64,000 nucleotides of DNA from an uncultured bacterium (lineage in GTDB: Bacteria; Hydrothermota; UBA3073; NMUJ01; CBEVQO01): positions 64,001 to 128,000 of the forward strand of contig CBEVQO010000003.1 in NCBI GenBank assembly GCA_965552055.1. Direction: 5' to 3'. The first letter of the stretch is position 1; every line of letters starts with the position of its first letter. The translations under genes and the position numbers were made by a program. Shown piece by piece: positions 7,445 through 17,963 of this stretch. The notes beneath the pieces were generated by a model that saw only the letters and a program-made list of their open reading frames with translations, ran no database searches and was not told the origin of the DNA.

Positions 7445-10141
7445 ATGAGAGTGAAAATAACGATTATCATATTAATAGGATTTATTTTCATGCTGGTATA
7501 TGCAGAGGAGATGCCCCCTATATATGTTTCGATTGTCTCACATAATGAAGAGCCATTAACAGGTCAGTATCCTGACTTTACATCGAACGAGGATACATTC
7601 TGGGTGCATCGTAATGCAGTGGTGAGATTTGCCCAGATGTTGCACGATAAAGGTGTGAAATATAATTTTCAATCTGACTGGAATTTTCTTATGGCAGAAA
7701 TAATGTTTGATACAGGTACATCCAGTACCAACAACAAAAATTTGATTAAATATCTGGTAGAAGACCTTGGATTTGAAGTTGACCCTCATGCTCATGAGAC
7801 AAATTATAATTATGCTGATGTAGCATACCTGATATCTCAGTTAATTGAAGGTGAGCCTTCACATACTGTTGGTGGTTATATTGCATATCCTCCTGATTCT
7901 TCAAAAATTGAATATTTTAGGGATACGATTTATGGCTGGCATTACGATTATAAGTGGAAAGCAGAAATACTATGGGGAGGTGCTACGAAATTTCATCAGA
8001 ATGAGGATAGTTTATATGTCGCAGGTATATGGAAGCCAAAGGATGATTATCATTATCTTTTGCATGACGAATATGCACCTTTGCCAGAAATAGGAAGATA
8101 TTTGCCGAACTGGAGGGGTTTGCACGATTTACTTAAAAAACAGGAAAAAGGAGAATTGCATTCGGGTAGAATTTACACAATCACTATATTTGTAAGCCAA
8201 AATTTTTTGCTGGATACAAATTTTATAAATGCATTTAGTAAAAAGATAGACTCACTTAAACCTTATGTTGATTCTGGCAGGATTGTATGGGTAGGATTAG
8301 CAGAAGCTGTGGATATCTGGCGTACACATTATGATGCGAGACCCAATCTTTATTCATGGCTTGCTGGTGATATAACAAAACCTGTTCGCGAGACATTGTG
8401 GCTTAAAATGGATGACGGAGTGCACTTAGATGTGACACTTTATAAACCCGTTGACCCTGCACCACCGGGTGGCTACCCTGCTATCATATTTGTGCATGGA
8501 TTGGGAGGTTCTAAGCTCCAGATGGAACCACTTGCCGAGTATTATGCAACTAAGGGATACATTACGCTTGCATATTCTGTTCGTGGACAGGGTAAATCAG
8601 AGGGCTTATCCACAATATTTTCATATCGTGAGCAAAAAGACCTCGATAGCATTATAAACTGGTTGGCAAGTTTACCTTATGTTAGCGATACACTAATCGG
8701 TGTAAGCGGAGCATCTCAGGGAGGATACCATTCATGGCTCGCGGGTGTATGTAATATGAATGTGCGTGCAGTGGCACCTGAAAATAGCACTCCGAAAGTA
8801 ACCGATGCAATGGCAAGATATAACTGTTATGAAGCATGTATAACGGCTGGTATGGACTATTTACCGAATGTTCGGGTTGATACAATATCGTATCCTGTAA
8901 AACACTGGTTGCTTGAAGATAATTATGATTCGGTGCGTGCAGTCATCGCACAAGGCAGGGAATTTGATTCAATTGATGTAGCAAATTCCAATGCTCATTA
9001 TCTGATAATGGGTGCATGGCATGACCACATGTTCTGGCATAATCGTGTGCCAGGTGCATTCGCAGTAGCACCCCATCGCCCAATAATGTATCTCGGGACA
9101 GGAGGACATGGTTCTGAGTACTCTCCTCAGGAAGATTCTTTTCGCGACAAATTGCGTGAAATATTTTTTGATGCAACACTCAAAGGCAACTATGATGCAC
9201 TCGATACGATAAAACCAGTAATCATAGCAATAGGACCATACTGGGAGCATCTTGAATTTGACAAATGGCCTCCCGAAGGAATCAAAACAATTACATATTA
9301 TCTGCACTCCGATGGCTCACTTAGTGACGAAATACCGGGAGCAAATGATTCATCATATCATATACAACATCAACTTATTGACCCTGCATACGACTGGGAA
9401 ACAGCGGTTAAGGACCACTTCAGGCATGTAAAGAGTGCATTTATGCAGTGCAGGCGAACATGGAGAACAGAGCAATTTACAGATACAATTATAATACTGG
9501 GGATACCGACTGCTAAGGTGTATGCAAAATCTACAGCAAGCAGAATGCAAATAAATTTGCAATTATATGATGAACTACCTGATGAAATACCTGTGTATCT
9601 TACACAAATAAGTATGGGAGTAAGGGATAATCCTGATACTTCTCAATGGCATACACTTGAAGGTGAATTCACAATTATAGGCTGGAAGATACCACCCGGA
9701 CATAGACTGAGACTCGATTGGACAAGCATCAATCAAACTCTGGGTGATACAAGTTTATGGACTATACCGTATTGGAATGCAAATGGCATACTTACTCTGG
9801 GGTTGGATGAAGAGCATCCCAGTCATATATGTGTGCCAATTTTATCGCTTGAGTCTGTAAATAAGTCAAAATCAATAGAAGCAGGGATAAAGGTTTATCC
9901 AAACATTGTCTTTAATTATGTAAACATAGAGATAAAACTCAATAAACCTTCAGCTGTTTCGATTAAAATTTGCAATCTAATAGGGCAAATTGTAATTGCT
10001 GAGGCTTTACATAAATCCGCTGGCACTCATGTAATACGCTATAATTGTAGCAAATTGCCTTCGGGTGTGTATTTTATAATTGTAAAAATAGGCAATATCA
10101 GTAAAGTTGCCAAGTTATGCGTAATCAGATGTCGTGATTAA
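7445..10141 (+). CDS. Secreted CocE/NonD (peptidase S15) alpha/beta hydrolase with an extra N-terminal domain and a T9SS-like C-terminal domain
   Basis: Signal peptide; M.DGV.L, RGQG.SEG and GASQGG nucleophile elbow; C-terminal VYPN...LPSGVYF..K. Confidence 0.75.
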   Translation: MRVKITIIILIGFIFMLVYAEEMPPIYVSIVSHNEEPLTGQYPDFTSNEDTFWVHRNAVVRFAQMLHDKGVKYNFQSDWNFLMAEIMFDTGTSSTNNKNLIKYLVEDLGFEVDPHAHETNYNYADVAYLISQLIEGEPSHTVGGYIAYPPDSSKIEYFRDTIYGWHYDYKWKAEILWGGATKFHQNEDSLYVAGIWKPKDDYHYLLHDEYAPLPEIGRYLPNWRGLHDLLKKQEKGELHSGRIYTITIFVSQNFLLDTNFINAFSKKIDSLKPYVDSGRIVWVGLAEAVDIWRTHYDARPNLYSWLAGDITKPVRETLWLKMDDGVHLDVTLYKPVDPAPPGGYPAIIFVHGLGGSKLQMEPLAEYYATKGYITLAYSVRGQGKSEGLSTIFSYREQKDLDSIINWLASLPYVSDTLIGVSGASQGGYHSWLAGVCNMNVRAVAPENSTPKVTDAMARYNCYEACITAGMDYLPNVRVDTISYPVKHWLLEDNYDSVRAVIAQGREFDSIDVANSNAHYLIMGAWHDHMFWHNRVPGAFAVAPHRPIMYLGTGGHGSEYSPQEDSFRDKLREIFFDATLKGNYDALDTIKPVIIAIGPYWEHLEFDKWPPEGIKTITYYLHSDGSLSDEIPGANDSSYHIQHQLIDPAYDWETAVKDHFRHVKSAFMQCRRTWRTEQFTDTIIILGIPTAKVYAKSTASRMQINLQLYDELPDEIPVYLTQISMGVRDNPDTSQWHTLEGEFTIIGWKIPPGHRLRLDWTSINQTLGDTSLWTIPYWNANGILTLGLDEEHPSHICVPILSLESVNKSKSIEAGIKVYPNIVFNYVNIEIKLNKPSAVSIKICNLIGQIVIAEALHKSAGTHVIRYNCSKLPSGVYFIIVKIGNISKVAKLCVIRCRD

Positions 10142-10144
10142 AAA

Positions 10145-11227
10145 TTAAACTTTGCGGACAAATCCTCCCGGTTTTATTCTGGCTTTAACTTTTTTGCCAC
10201 GACAATCGATTTTGATTTCTTCTCCTTCTTCAAATGGCAAACTTATATAACCCATGCCTATTGGACAATTTAAATGCGGTGAGAAGCCACCACTTGTAAC
10301 AACTCCTGCTTTTTCATCCCCCTTATAAATATCATAGCCTTTCCTCGGTATAATTTTATCTTCGACTATAAATCCTGTTAGTTTTCTTTTTAGACCTTCT
10401 TCTTTTTGCTTTAAAAGTGCATCTTTTCCTATAAAATCATCTTTATCAAATTTCACAATCCATGATAATCCAGCCTCAAGAGGAGTTGTATTTTCATCAA
10501 TATCATTCCCGTAAAGGCAATATCCTGCTTCCAAGCGCAAAATATCCCTTGCTCCAAGACCTGCGGGCTCTATTCCAAACTCTTTCCCTGCTTCAAAAAT
10601 CCAATCCCAGATTTTTACTGCATTTTCAGATGTAACAAATACTTCAAAGCCATCTTCACCCGTATATCCTGTGCGCGATAGAAAAACATCAATCCCATTT
10701 ATCTTACCCTGTCTAAATCTAAATCTTTTGGGTGGAATTTCTCCGTCAAATATCTTTTCGAAGATTTTTATAGCATCGGGACCCTGTACCGCTATCAAAG
10801 CCCAGTAATCACTTTTATTTTCGATTTTTACATCACCCTTTTTATTTTTTACCATCCATTCATAATCTTTTTCGATATTTGCAGCATTTACAACGATTAA
10901 GAATTTATCGGGGAAATTGTAAACAACGATGTCATCAACCATACCGCCTGTGGGATAGCACATGCCCGAATACTGCGCCTGATACTCTTTTAACTTTGCC
11001 GGATTATTTAAAGTTATGTAACTGACAAAAGATAGGGCATCCTTTCCTGATATTTCGATCTCTCCCATGTGTGATACATCAAAAATACCACAGGAGCTTC
11101 TAACTGCTTTTGCCTCATGAAGTATTCCCTTATATTGGAGTGGCATCTCAAAACCTGCAAATGGCACTAATTTTGCACCAAATTCCCTATGTCTGTTATA
11201 AAGAGGCGTTCTTTTCAATTTTTCCAT
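10145..11227 (-). CDS. gcvT: Glycine cleavage system aminomethyltransferase T
   Basis: FDVSHMG, SRTGYTGEDGFE and GLGARD.LRLEAG motifs. Confidence 0.97.
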   Translation of the reverse strand: MEKLKRTPLYNRHREFGAKLVPFAGFEMPLQYKGILHEAKAVRSSCGIFDVSHMGEIEISGKDALSFVSYITLNNPAKLKEYQAQYSGMCYPTGGMVDDIVVYNFPDKFLIVVNAANIEKDYEWMVKNKKGDVKIENKSDYWALIAVQGPDAIKIFEKIFDGEIPPKRFRFRQGKINGIDVFLSRTGYTGEDGFEVFVTSENAVKIWDWIFEAGKEFGIEPAGLGARDILRLEAGYCLYGNDIDENTTPLEAGLSWIVKFDKDDFIGKDALLKQKEEGLKRKLTGFIVEDKIIPRKGYDIYKGDEKAGVVTSGGFSPHLNCPIGMGYISLPFEEGEEIKIDCRGKKVKARIKPGGFVRKV

Positions 11228-11239
11228 TATTTTGTTCTA

Positions 11240-12343
11240 TTAATCTTCCAGTTTCTCGAATCTATCCTTAAGCTTATCCCTTACCTGTGGCAGTGTCGTG
11301 TATTCCATCTGTTCAAGTGGTAATCTGTGTGGCTCAAATGGTCCGTGTCTTCTCATAAAGTTCGCAATTTCGTTTGCCATTCGCCTTGCTTCATCAAAAG
11401 CAGGGTCATCAAACAAATCTCTAGGACCTATTAATTTACCTTCGGAAATCTGGAAACCGAGTGCTATCACTCTTGGGGGTCCATCAAATCTTGAAGGTGT
11501 AGCTTCCTTTACGGATACAGGCATAAGGGGACCGTGATGTGAGCCTCTCATCCATCCAGCAACAAGATGAGGAAATGCAAAGGGTTCTAATACTTCTCCA
11601 ACTGCCGGGAAGCCCGATTGTGTTCTTACAATCATAACGGGGTCATCTTTTCCAACATATCTTCCAGCGATTAAATTTACCTTTTGTGAACTTGCAATAG
11701 CTGCTATTTCTCTGTCACTCTTACGCCAGATTCTTCTGATGCAGTAGTGTTCCATAGCACCGATAAAAACAAGAAGGTCATACATCTCTTCTGGGACTTT
11801 GAATTCAATCTTCTCGTGTTTGTAAACATCTATAACTTCGAAGATAAATCCATCGTGGAGTTTCGGGTCAATAACCAATCCTGCAGTATTAAACGGGTCT
11901 GCAAAAATTTTGAATAGAGGGAAATTCCATGCACCCGGTGATGTTTTATCTGCCATGAAGATTATGATGGGTTCGCTTGGTCGCTCTTCTATTTCCATTT
12001 CTGCAACTCCTGGTCCCATTCCCTTCACATTTCCCGAGAAGGTTTCGGTAAGTATATCCTGTCCTGCGCCATAAAGTTTCATCTTTTTTGCCAGTTCTGT
12101 GCATTTTATGAATGTATCCCATGCGAGTTTGTGAATATCAGAATTATCCTCTCCTTTTTGATGCGTCATAATGAGTTCAAGGTCGTCGCCGCAAGCAGTT
12201 ACATGATAGTCAAGTATCAAACCCTTTTTCCTTGCTTCTTCGAGTGATTCTTTTGCGCAATCGAGTATCGCGGGATGACTGGAAGAGTGTCCCACATATC
12301 CGCCTATATCTGCCTTTATAACGGATATTGTTACTTTTGCCAT
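11240..12343 (-). CDS. fbp: Bifunctional fructose-1,6-bisphosphate aldolase/phosphatase (class V FBPase)
   Basis: IKADIGG, GDD, LYGAGQD, DPFNTAGL, YVGKDDP, GWMRGSH and RRHGPFEPHRL motifs. Confidence 0.96.
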   Translation of the reverse strand: MAKVTISVIKADIGGYVGHSSSHPAILDCAKESLEEARKKGLILDYHVTACGDDLELIMTHQKGEDNSDIHKLAWDTFIKCTELAKKMKLYGAGQDILTETFSGNVKGMGPGVAEMEIEERPSEPIIIFMADKTSPGAWNFPLFKIFADPFNTAGLVIDPKLHDGFIFEVIDVYKHEKIEFKVPEEMYDLLVFIGAMEHYCIRRIWRKSDREIAAIASSQKVNLIAGRYVGKDDPVMIVRTQSGFPAVGEVLEPFAFPHLVAGWMRGSHHGPLMPVSVKEATPSRFDGPPRVIALGFQISEGKLIGPRDLFDDPAFDEARRMANEIANFMRRHGPFEPHRLPLEQMEYTTLPQVRDKLKDRFEKLED

Positions 12344-12362
12344 AACCCCTCCTTATTCTTTA

Positions 12363-12389
12363 ATTATGATAAATTAGACAAAATGTCAA
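12363..12389 (-). promoter_or_regulatory. Putative fbp promoter TTGACA-N15-CATAAT
   Basis: Read on the minus strand; followed by GGAGGGG SD and ATG at 12343. Confidence 0.55.
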
Positions 12390-12410
12390 GCAAATTTTTT
12401 AAATTTTTAT

Positions 12411-12647
12411 TACGAGCGTAAGCGAGCAAGGCACTGCCTTAACCACGCTGTGGCTCTCTAAAGCGCTTTTCTAATAATTTTTAATGCGAGGCGTAGCCGA
12501 GCACATTACATATGGGTTGATATGTCAGCCCATTACGGGGTTGTGGGTTACTCTGGTGTTTTATGCTTTATCTTCTGATTGCGTTATAGCGGGGGTAGTA
12601 GTGGGCTGACTTAATCGGGAAGGTGGGGACAGCGGAGGAGGGGCTAA
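12411..12647 (+). repeat. Divergent copy (A) of the dispersed G-rich non-coding element
   Basis: Two CGAG..GNA/GTAA..CGAG heads (~12413 and ~12487), CATTACATATGGGTTG, and the end GGTGGGGACAGCGGAGGAGGGGCTAA, shared with the copies at 42.3 and 61.1 kb. The middle differs. Confidence 0.75.
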
Positions 12648-12654
12648 AAATTAC

Positions 12655-12681
12655 TTGACATATTGAGTCATTGATTATATT
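12655..12681 (+). promoter_or_regulatory. Putative promoter TTGACA-N15-TATATT, leaderless
   Basis: ATGs at 12684 and 12687 directly follow; no SD. Confidence 0.55.
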
Positions 12682-12683
12682 TT

Positions 12684-14453
12684 ATGATGATTATTGTATT
12701 GTTAACTTTAACACTTGTAAGAACTTCCTCTCAAAAGATTTCAAATGAATTATTGAGTTTGATGAAAGAGCATCCTGATTCTATTGTAAAGGTGTGGGTT
12801 TATTTTACGGATAAAGGAATTTTCACAGAAAAAGATTATTACAGGTCGATTAAAGAAGCCGAAAGAAGATTGCCCCCCGGTGTCCGCAAAAAAAGGAGAA
12901 AATTGAATAGAAAATATTTGTGTGATTTTACAGATATTCCCGTAAAAGAAGAATATGTTGAGAGATTAAAAGAAACAGGTGCAAAAATTTACTGCGTATC
13001 AAAATGGTTGAATGCAGTTTCCTGCAAGGTAGAGGCAAAGAAATTATATGAAATAAAGGATTTAAAATTTGTATATAAGATAAGAAAAGTTCGTAGATTT
13101 GTTGAAAAGCTTAAAGAAGTTAAAGAATTAAAAGAAGGCATTTATGGTGATGCGATGCACTTTCAATATCGAGTGATTAACATTCCAAAATTGCATGACG
13201 AAGGCTATTTAGGTCAAAATGTTCTCGTCGGTGTAGTGGATGCTGGCTTTGACCTCGATGACCATCCTGCCTTGCGGGAAATCAAATCCAAAGTCGTTGC
13301 AAAAAGAAACTTTGTTGATGTTCCGGAAGATGAGGTTGATACTTCATGGGAGTCTGTAAAGCAGACGCCCTATCATGGTACGCGAATGGTCTGTCTTATC
13401 GCAGGAAAAGGAGCATTCGAAGTAATAGGAGCTGCGCCCGAATGTTATCTTGCACTTGCGCGCACAGAAGATGTTTATACAGAGAGAATAGCGGAAGAGG
13501 ATTTCTGGATTGCAGGAGTAGAATGGCTTACAGATGAAGTTTCTTATGTGACACCTGAAGGTGAAACTTTGGGTGTTGAAATAATTTCGAGTTCTCTTGG
13601 ATATAAATTTTATCCCTATTCGATGATGACAGGTGATACTATTCCTATGAGCAAAGTTGCCAGCCTCCTTGCCAGAAAAGGTGTTTTGCTTGTTACAGCA
13701 ATGGGTAATGTAACGAAGACTACATCCCGTCTTGACACATGTATAGTTGCGCCAGCAGATGCCGAATCTATTCTTGCAGTAGGAGCAGTTGATACGACAC
13801 TCGTATGGAAATGGTTTGAAACCCCTGGAGGAGGCTTAGCAACGAGTGCTCTTGGACCCACTGCTGATGGAAGGATAAAGCCCGATGTTGTTGGTCCGTG
13901 GTATGGCTGGACAGTGCTTACACCCGATTCAGATTACACCCTTATTGGTGGGACATCTGTTGCTACGGCTGTGGTCGCTGGTATGTGTGCAGCGATTCTG
14001 TCAGGACATCCTGACTGGACACCTTATGATTTGAGAAATGCGATTATAAAAACAGCATCAAGAGCGAACAATCCAAACGACACTCTGGGATATGGAATAC
14101 CTGACCCATGGCAGGCATTAAATTTCGAAAAACCCATCCCTGGAATTACTTTTAAGATAAAAATTTTAAATCCCTATCCAAATCCTTTCATTATTGGTAA
14201 GCATAAAGAGGTAACGATTCCTTATTTTATGACTGCAAAAACCTATGCTGAGATAAAAATATATTCAGTGAGTGGTAGATTGGTAAAATCCATTGAAGCA
14301 CCGACAGAGGACATAATTATAGGGATAAATTACATAAAATGGGATGGCAAAGATGAAAATGGCGTAACAGTGCCATCAGGCGTCTATATATTAGTGCTGA
14401 AAACAGGAGTAGGAGGAAAAACAGCGCTTCAGAAATTAACAGTTGTTCGATGA
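12684..14453 (+). CDS. Secreted subtilisin-like S8 serine peptidase with FlgD-Ig/T9SS-like C-terminal domain
   Basis: Catalytic motifs VVDAG, HGT and GTS.AT; KPDV; GYGIPD; C-terminal YPNPF...WDGKD..G..VPSGVY. True start may be 12687. Confidence 0.9.
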   Translation: MMIIVLLTLTLVRTSSQKISNELLSLMKEHPDSIVKVWVYFTDKGIFTEKDYYRSIKEAERRLPPGVRKKRRKLNRKYLCDFTDIPVKEEYVERLKETGAKIYCVSKWLNAVSCKVEAKKLYEIKDLKFVYKIRKVRRFVEKLKEVKELKEGIYGDAMHFQYRVINIPKLHDEGYLGQNVLVGVVDAGFDLDDHPALREIKSKVVAKRNFVDVPEDEVDTSWESVKQTPYHGTRMVCLIAGKGAFEVIGAAPECYLALARTEDVYTERIAEEDFWIAGVEWLTDEVSYVTPEGETLGVEIISSSLGYKFYPYSMMTGDTIPMSKVASLLARKGVLLVTAMGNVTKTTSRLDTCIVAPADAESILAVGAVDTTLVWKWFETPGGGLATSALGPTADGRIKPDVVGPWYGWTVLTPDSDYTLIGGTSVATAVVAGMCAAILSGHPDWTPYDLRNAIIKTASRANNPNDTLGYGIPDPWQALNFEKPIPGITFKIKILNPYPNPFIIGKHKEVTIPYFMTAKTYAEIKIYSVSGRLVKSIEAPTEDIIIGINYIKWDGKDENGVTVPSGVYILVLKTGVGGKTALQKLTVVR

Positions 14454-15352
14454 GATTCAAAGAAAATTTAGTATCTTACTCTTTTCTTTTGCCTTTTATG
14501 ATAATTTTTTTCATCTTTCTTTTTTATCCTTTTATTTATGCACTATGGCTTTCTTTTCATAAAGTTACAGACCTTTTCGATGTATTTGGCAAATTGAAAT
14601 TTGTTGGACTTAAGAATTATATAAAATTATTTAAAGATGTTGAGTTCTGGTGGGCAATTCTTATGACACTTCTTTATGCTGCTATAACGATTCCTTTAAA
14701 TATTGCTTTATCCCTTACTCTCGCTGCGTTATTACATGGAGCATTTAAAGGAGTAAGGGCTTACAGGACATGTTTTTTTATGCCCTTTGTTCTTGATACT
14801 TTTGTTGTTGCTATTGTATGGAAATTTTTATATTCGCATCCTTATGGAGTGGTTACTCAGGTTCTTAAATTTTTACATATAAATCTGCCACCGCTTTTAT
14901 CTTCACCAAAAACCGCGATGCCGAGTATAGCAGTTGCGATGGTGCTTAAAAATTGTGGATTCGGAATGATACTTTATCTCGCAGGGTTACAGAATATTCC
15001 TCAATCAATTTACGAAGCTGCGGAAATTGACGGTGCACCTGCATGGAAACAGCATTTGTATATAACTTTGCCTTTGCTCAAACCTATAACTTTCTTCCTG
15101 ATTTTAACAGGACTTATTGGAGCTTTTTCTGCATTTGCGGAGTTCTATGGCATGACAGGAGGCGGACCCGTTATAAGGGTTGGCACACATATTCTCGGGA
15201 GTACAAAAGTCACAGGTCTTTATTTATTTAGAAATTTTGAGTCTTTAAAACTTGGCTATGCTGCTTCTATTTCTTTTGTACTTTTGATTCTCACCCTTTT
15301 AATTTCATTTGTTTGTGCAAAGATATTGAAACCCGAGGTGCGATATGGTTAA
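14450..15352 (+). CDS. Carbohydrate ABC transporter permease (MalF-like)
   Basis: FVGL.NY and EAA loop YEAAEIDGA. Confidence 0.93.
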   Translation: MRFKENLVSYSFLLPFMIIFFIFLFYPFIYALWLSFHKVTDLFDVFGKLKFVGLKNYIKLFKDVEFWWAILMTLLYAAITIPLNIALSLTLAALLHGAFKGVRAYRTCFFMPFVLDTFVVAIVWKFLYSHPYGVVTQVLKFLHINLPPLLSSPKTAMPSIAVAMVLKNCGFGMILYLAGLQNIPQSIYEAAEIDGAPAWKQHLYITLPLLKPITFFLILTGLIGAFSAFAEFYGMTGGGPVIRVGTHILGSTKVTGLYLFRNFESLKLGYAASISFVLLILTLLISFVCAKILKPEVRYG

Positions 15353-16166
15353 TTATGTCAAATTTAAAAGGATTTTTATTTATTTCTTTTTAACTGTATT
15401 TGCGATAATAATTCTTTTCCCTTATTACTGGATGTTTATAACTGCTTTTAAACCGCTTGCAGAAGGTCTTACACTTTCTCTGATTCCGCGTCATCCTACA
15501 TTATCGAATTTTATAAGGATTTTAACGAGTTATAATTTTGGCAGATATTTTTTAAATTCTCTGATAGTGGCTGTTTCTGCTGCTACATTTTCCACTTTAT
15601 TTGCCACGCTTGCTGCTTTTGCCTTTGCCAAGCGAGATTTTGTCTTCAAAAATGGTTTATTTGCTCTCTTTTTATCAACATTGATGATACCTGGGTTGAT
15701 GTTCATGATACCTCAGTTTGCCATAGTTTACAAACTTGGCTGGATAAATACTTATAAAGCGATGGTGATACCACATCTTGCAAATGTTTTTGGCTTACTT
15801 TTACTTACCCAATTTATGAAAACGATACCTGATTCTTTGCTGGATGCTGCACGCATTGATGGTGCTTCTCCTTATATGATTTTCTGGAAAATAGTTGTGC
15901 CTCTTTCGCTTCCAATCATTGCCACTGTATTTTTGTTGTCTTTTCAATTTCACTGGAATAATTTCTTATGGCAGTTAATAGTAGCTACAGATGAGAAGAT
16001 GTACACAGTACCTGTGGGTCTTGCTATGTTTCGCAGTGCCCATGAAGAGTTACATACATTGAAGATGGCGGCATCCTGCATCTCAATAATACCAATTGCT
16101 ACTCTTTTCCTTTTCACGCAGCGTTATTTCGTAGAAGGCATACTAAAAGGTGCATTAAAAGGATGA
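15345..16166 (+). CDS. Carbohydrate ABC transporter permease (MalG-like)
   Basis: LLDAARIDGAS, WNNFLW and QRYFVEG motifs. Confidence 0.93.
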   Translation: MVNYVKFKRIFIYFFLTVFAIIILFPYYWMFITAFKPLAEGLTLSLIPRHPTLSNFIRILTSYNFGRYFLNSLIVAVSAATFSTLFATLAAFAFAKRDFVFKNGLFALFLSTLMIPGLMFMIPQFAIVYKLGWINTYKAMVIPHLANVFGLLLLTQFMKTIPDSLLDAARIDGASPYMIFWKIVVPLSLPIIATVFLLSFQFHWNNFLWQLIVATDEKMYTVPVGLAMFRSAHEELHTLKMAASCISIIPIATLFLFTQRYFVEGILKGALKG

Positions 16167-16185
16167 GAGTTATAAGGAGGGGAGT

Positions 16186-17361
16186 ATGAGGTGGTTGTTT
16201 TTAAGTTTATTTTTGTGTGGAGTCAGTTACGGACAATTGAAGATTTGGGTATCCTACAACGATGAGGAATTCGCAGTATTTAAAGAAATAGTAAAGGATT
16301 TCGAACAGAAGACCGGGATAAAAGTAGATGTACAGAGGATACCCTTCGAAGGTCAGGAGCAAAAGATATTAACTGCATGTGCTACACGCTCAACTCCGGA
16401 TATTGCCCGTATTGATTGCGCTTTCCTTGGCAAACTTGCCCTAAAAAATGCAATAGAAGAAATTGATATAGGTGAATTGAAAGATAAACTATTACCTGCT
16501 GCTGTAAAATCTGCGATGATCGGAGAGAAATTATTCGGAGTGCCCGACCAGATAACATTTATTCTACTCTTTTATAATAAAAAATTGTTTAAAGAAGCAG
16601 GTCTTGACCCAGAAAAGCCACCCAAAACATGGGATGAATTTGTAGAATATGCAAAAAAACTTACAAATCCAGAAAAGGGAATTTATGGCTTTGCCATGCG
16701 AAATACATTGTGGTGGACTTTACCGTTTTTCTATTGCTGGGGAGCGGAATTTATAAAGGATAAAAAATGTGTTTTAAATTCAGAAGAAGCAGTTAAAGCA
16801 CTTCAATTCAAAGTTGACCTTTATCAAAAATACAAAGTAGAGCCGGGTGCATGGAAAGCAGGTGCTGTTGACCCTGATATGGGCTTTCAAAATGAAAAAT
16901 ATGCAATGGTTTTGAATGGTCCTTGGAAAATCAAAAGTTTAAAAGAGATGGGGATAGATTTTGGAATAGCAAAGATCCCAGAAGGTCCTGCAGGCAGTTA
17001 TACAGCTATAGGCGGTACTTATATGGTTATATTCCGTGGGACAAAACACAAAAAAGAAGCGGAAGAATTTTTGAAATATCTTGTAAGTAAAGAAGTGCAA
17101 ATAAAATGGGCAAATGAATTGGGACAGGTACCTGTGAATCTTGAAAGTTTTTCTGGTCTTGATATGAAGAAACATCCCTATTTCAGCGTGTTGATTGAGC
17201 AGATGAAGACAGCAAGAGCCCGTCCAATTCTTGAAGATTACTCACAGATTGAAAACATAGCAAATCCTTTGATGGAAGCAGCATTAATGGGTCAAAAATC
17301 AGTAAAAGAAGCCCTCGATGAAATTACAAAAAGAATAAATGAAATCCTGGAAGGGGAATGA
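16186..17361 (+). CDS. Sugar ABC transporter substrate-binding protein (maltodextrin-type, SBP family 1)
   Basis: Signal peptide; LFYNKKLF..AG...PKTWDEF and GPW motifs. Confidence 0.9.
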   Translation: MRWLFLSLFLCGVSYGQLKIWVSYNDEEFAVFKEIVKDFEQKTGIKVDVQRIPFEGQEQKILTACATRSTPDIARIDCAFLGKLALKNAIEEIDIGELKDKLLPAAVKSAMIGEKLFGVPDQITFILLFYNKKLFKEAGLDPEKPPKTWDEFVEYAKKLTNPEKGIYGFAMRNTLWWTLPFFYCWGAEFIKDKKCVLNSEEAVKALQFKVDLYQKYKVEPGAWKAGAVDPDMGFQNEKYAMVLNGPWKIKSLKEMGIDFGIAKIPEGPAGSYTAIGGTYMVIFRGTKHKKEAEEFLKYLVSKEVQIKWANELGQVPVNLESFSGLDMKKHPYFSVLIEQMKTARARPILEDYSQIENIANPLMEAALMGQKSVKEALDEITKRINEILEGE

Positions 17362-17963
17362 AAAGAAATTTTTTAAGAGAAGACGACATAACTAATGAAT
17401 TAGTAGGTGACTATCAAGAATTTGAATTAAAAAGGCCTGAAAAAAATAAAGAATATAAAGAATTCAAATATGATTTATGTGTCAAGTGCAATGGGGAGGT
17501 AGTGGCTTTAATAGAAGCGAAATATAGGAGTAAACCTTACAAGCCAACGACCGACTCTTTAATTTCTTCTTTTATGAAATTACATCGTGAATGGGTGCAT
17601 TCTTTTGGGGCGTCACCTTCGATTAAAATTATATTTTTAATTTACATAAAAGATGAAGAGAATTTGAAAGAAATAACTCCAGAAGCACGAAAGAATTTGT
17701 TTAAAAGATTAAAAGGACTTTTATTTTATTATAGTGAACCAGAAATAATAAACTTACGCATCAAAATTAAAAATGGTGAAATCAAAAATTTAAAAGAGAT
17801 AAAAGAGCATTTAAAAAATGAATTAAAAACGAAATTAAATGGGAAAATAAAACATTTAAAACTCAACTGGATAGGAGCGTTATCTGAACTTAAAAAAGAA
17901 TTCAAATCATCTGTGGATTTACAGCATGCAATTTTAAAATGGTGGGCCGAAAGCGCTTTTTAA
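17358..17963 (+). CDS. Hypothetical protein: PD-(D/E)XK-like N-terminus plus antitoxin-like (DUF2281-type) C-terminal tail
   Basis: YDL.........IEAK motif; tail KLNWIGALSELKKEFKSSVDLQH; overlaps the PIN gene. Confidence 0.5.
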   Translation: MKRNFLREDDITNELVGDYQEFELKRPEKNKEYKEFKYDLCVKCNGEVVALIEAKYRSKPYKPTTDSLISSFMKLHREWVHSFGASPSIKIIFLIYIKDEENLKEITPEARKNLFKRLKGLLFYYSEPEIINLRIKIKNGEIKNLKEIKEHLKNELKTKLNGKIKHLKLNWIGALSELKKEFKSSVDLQHAILKWWAESAF

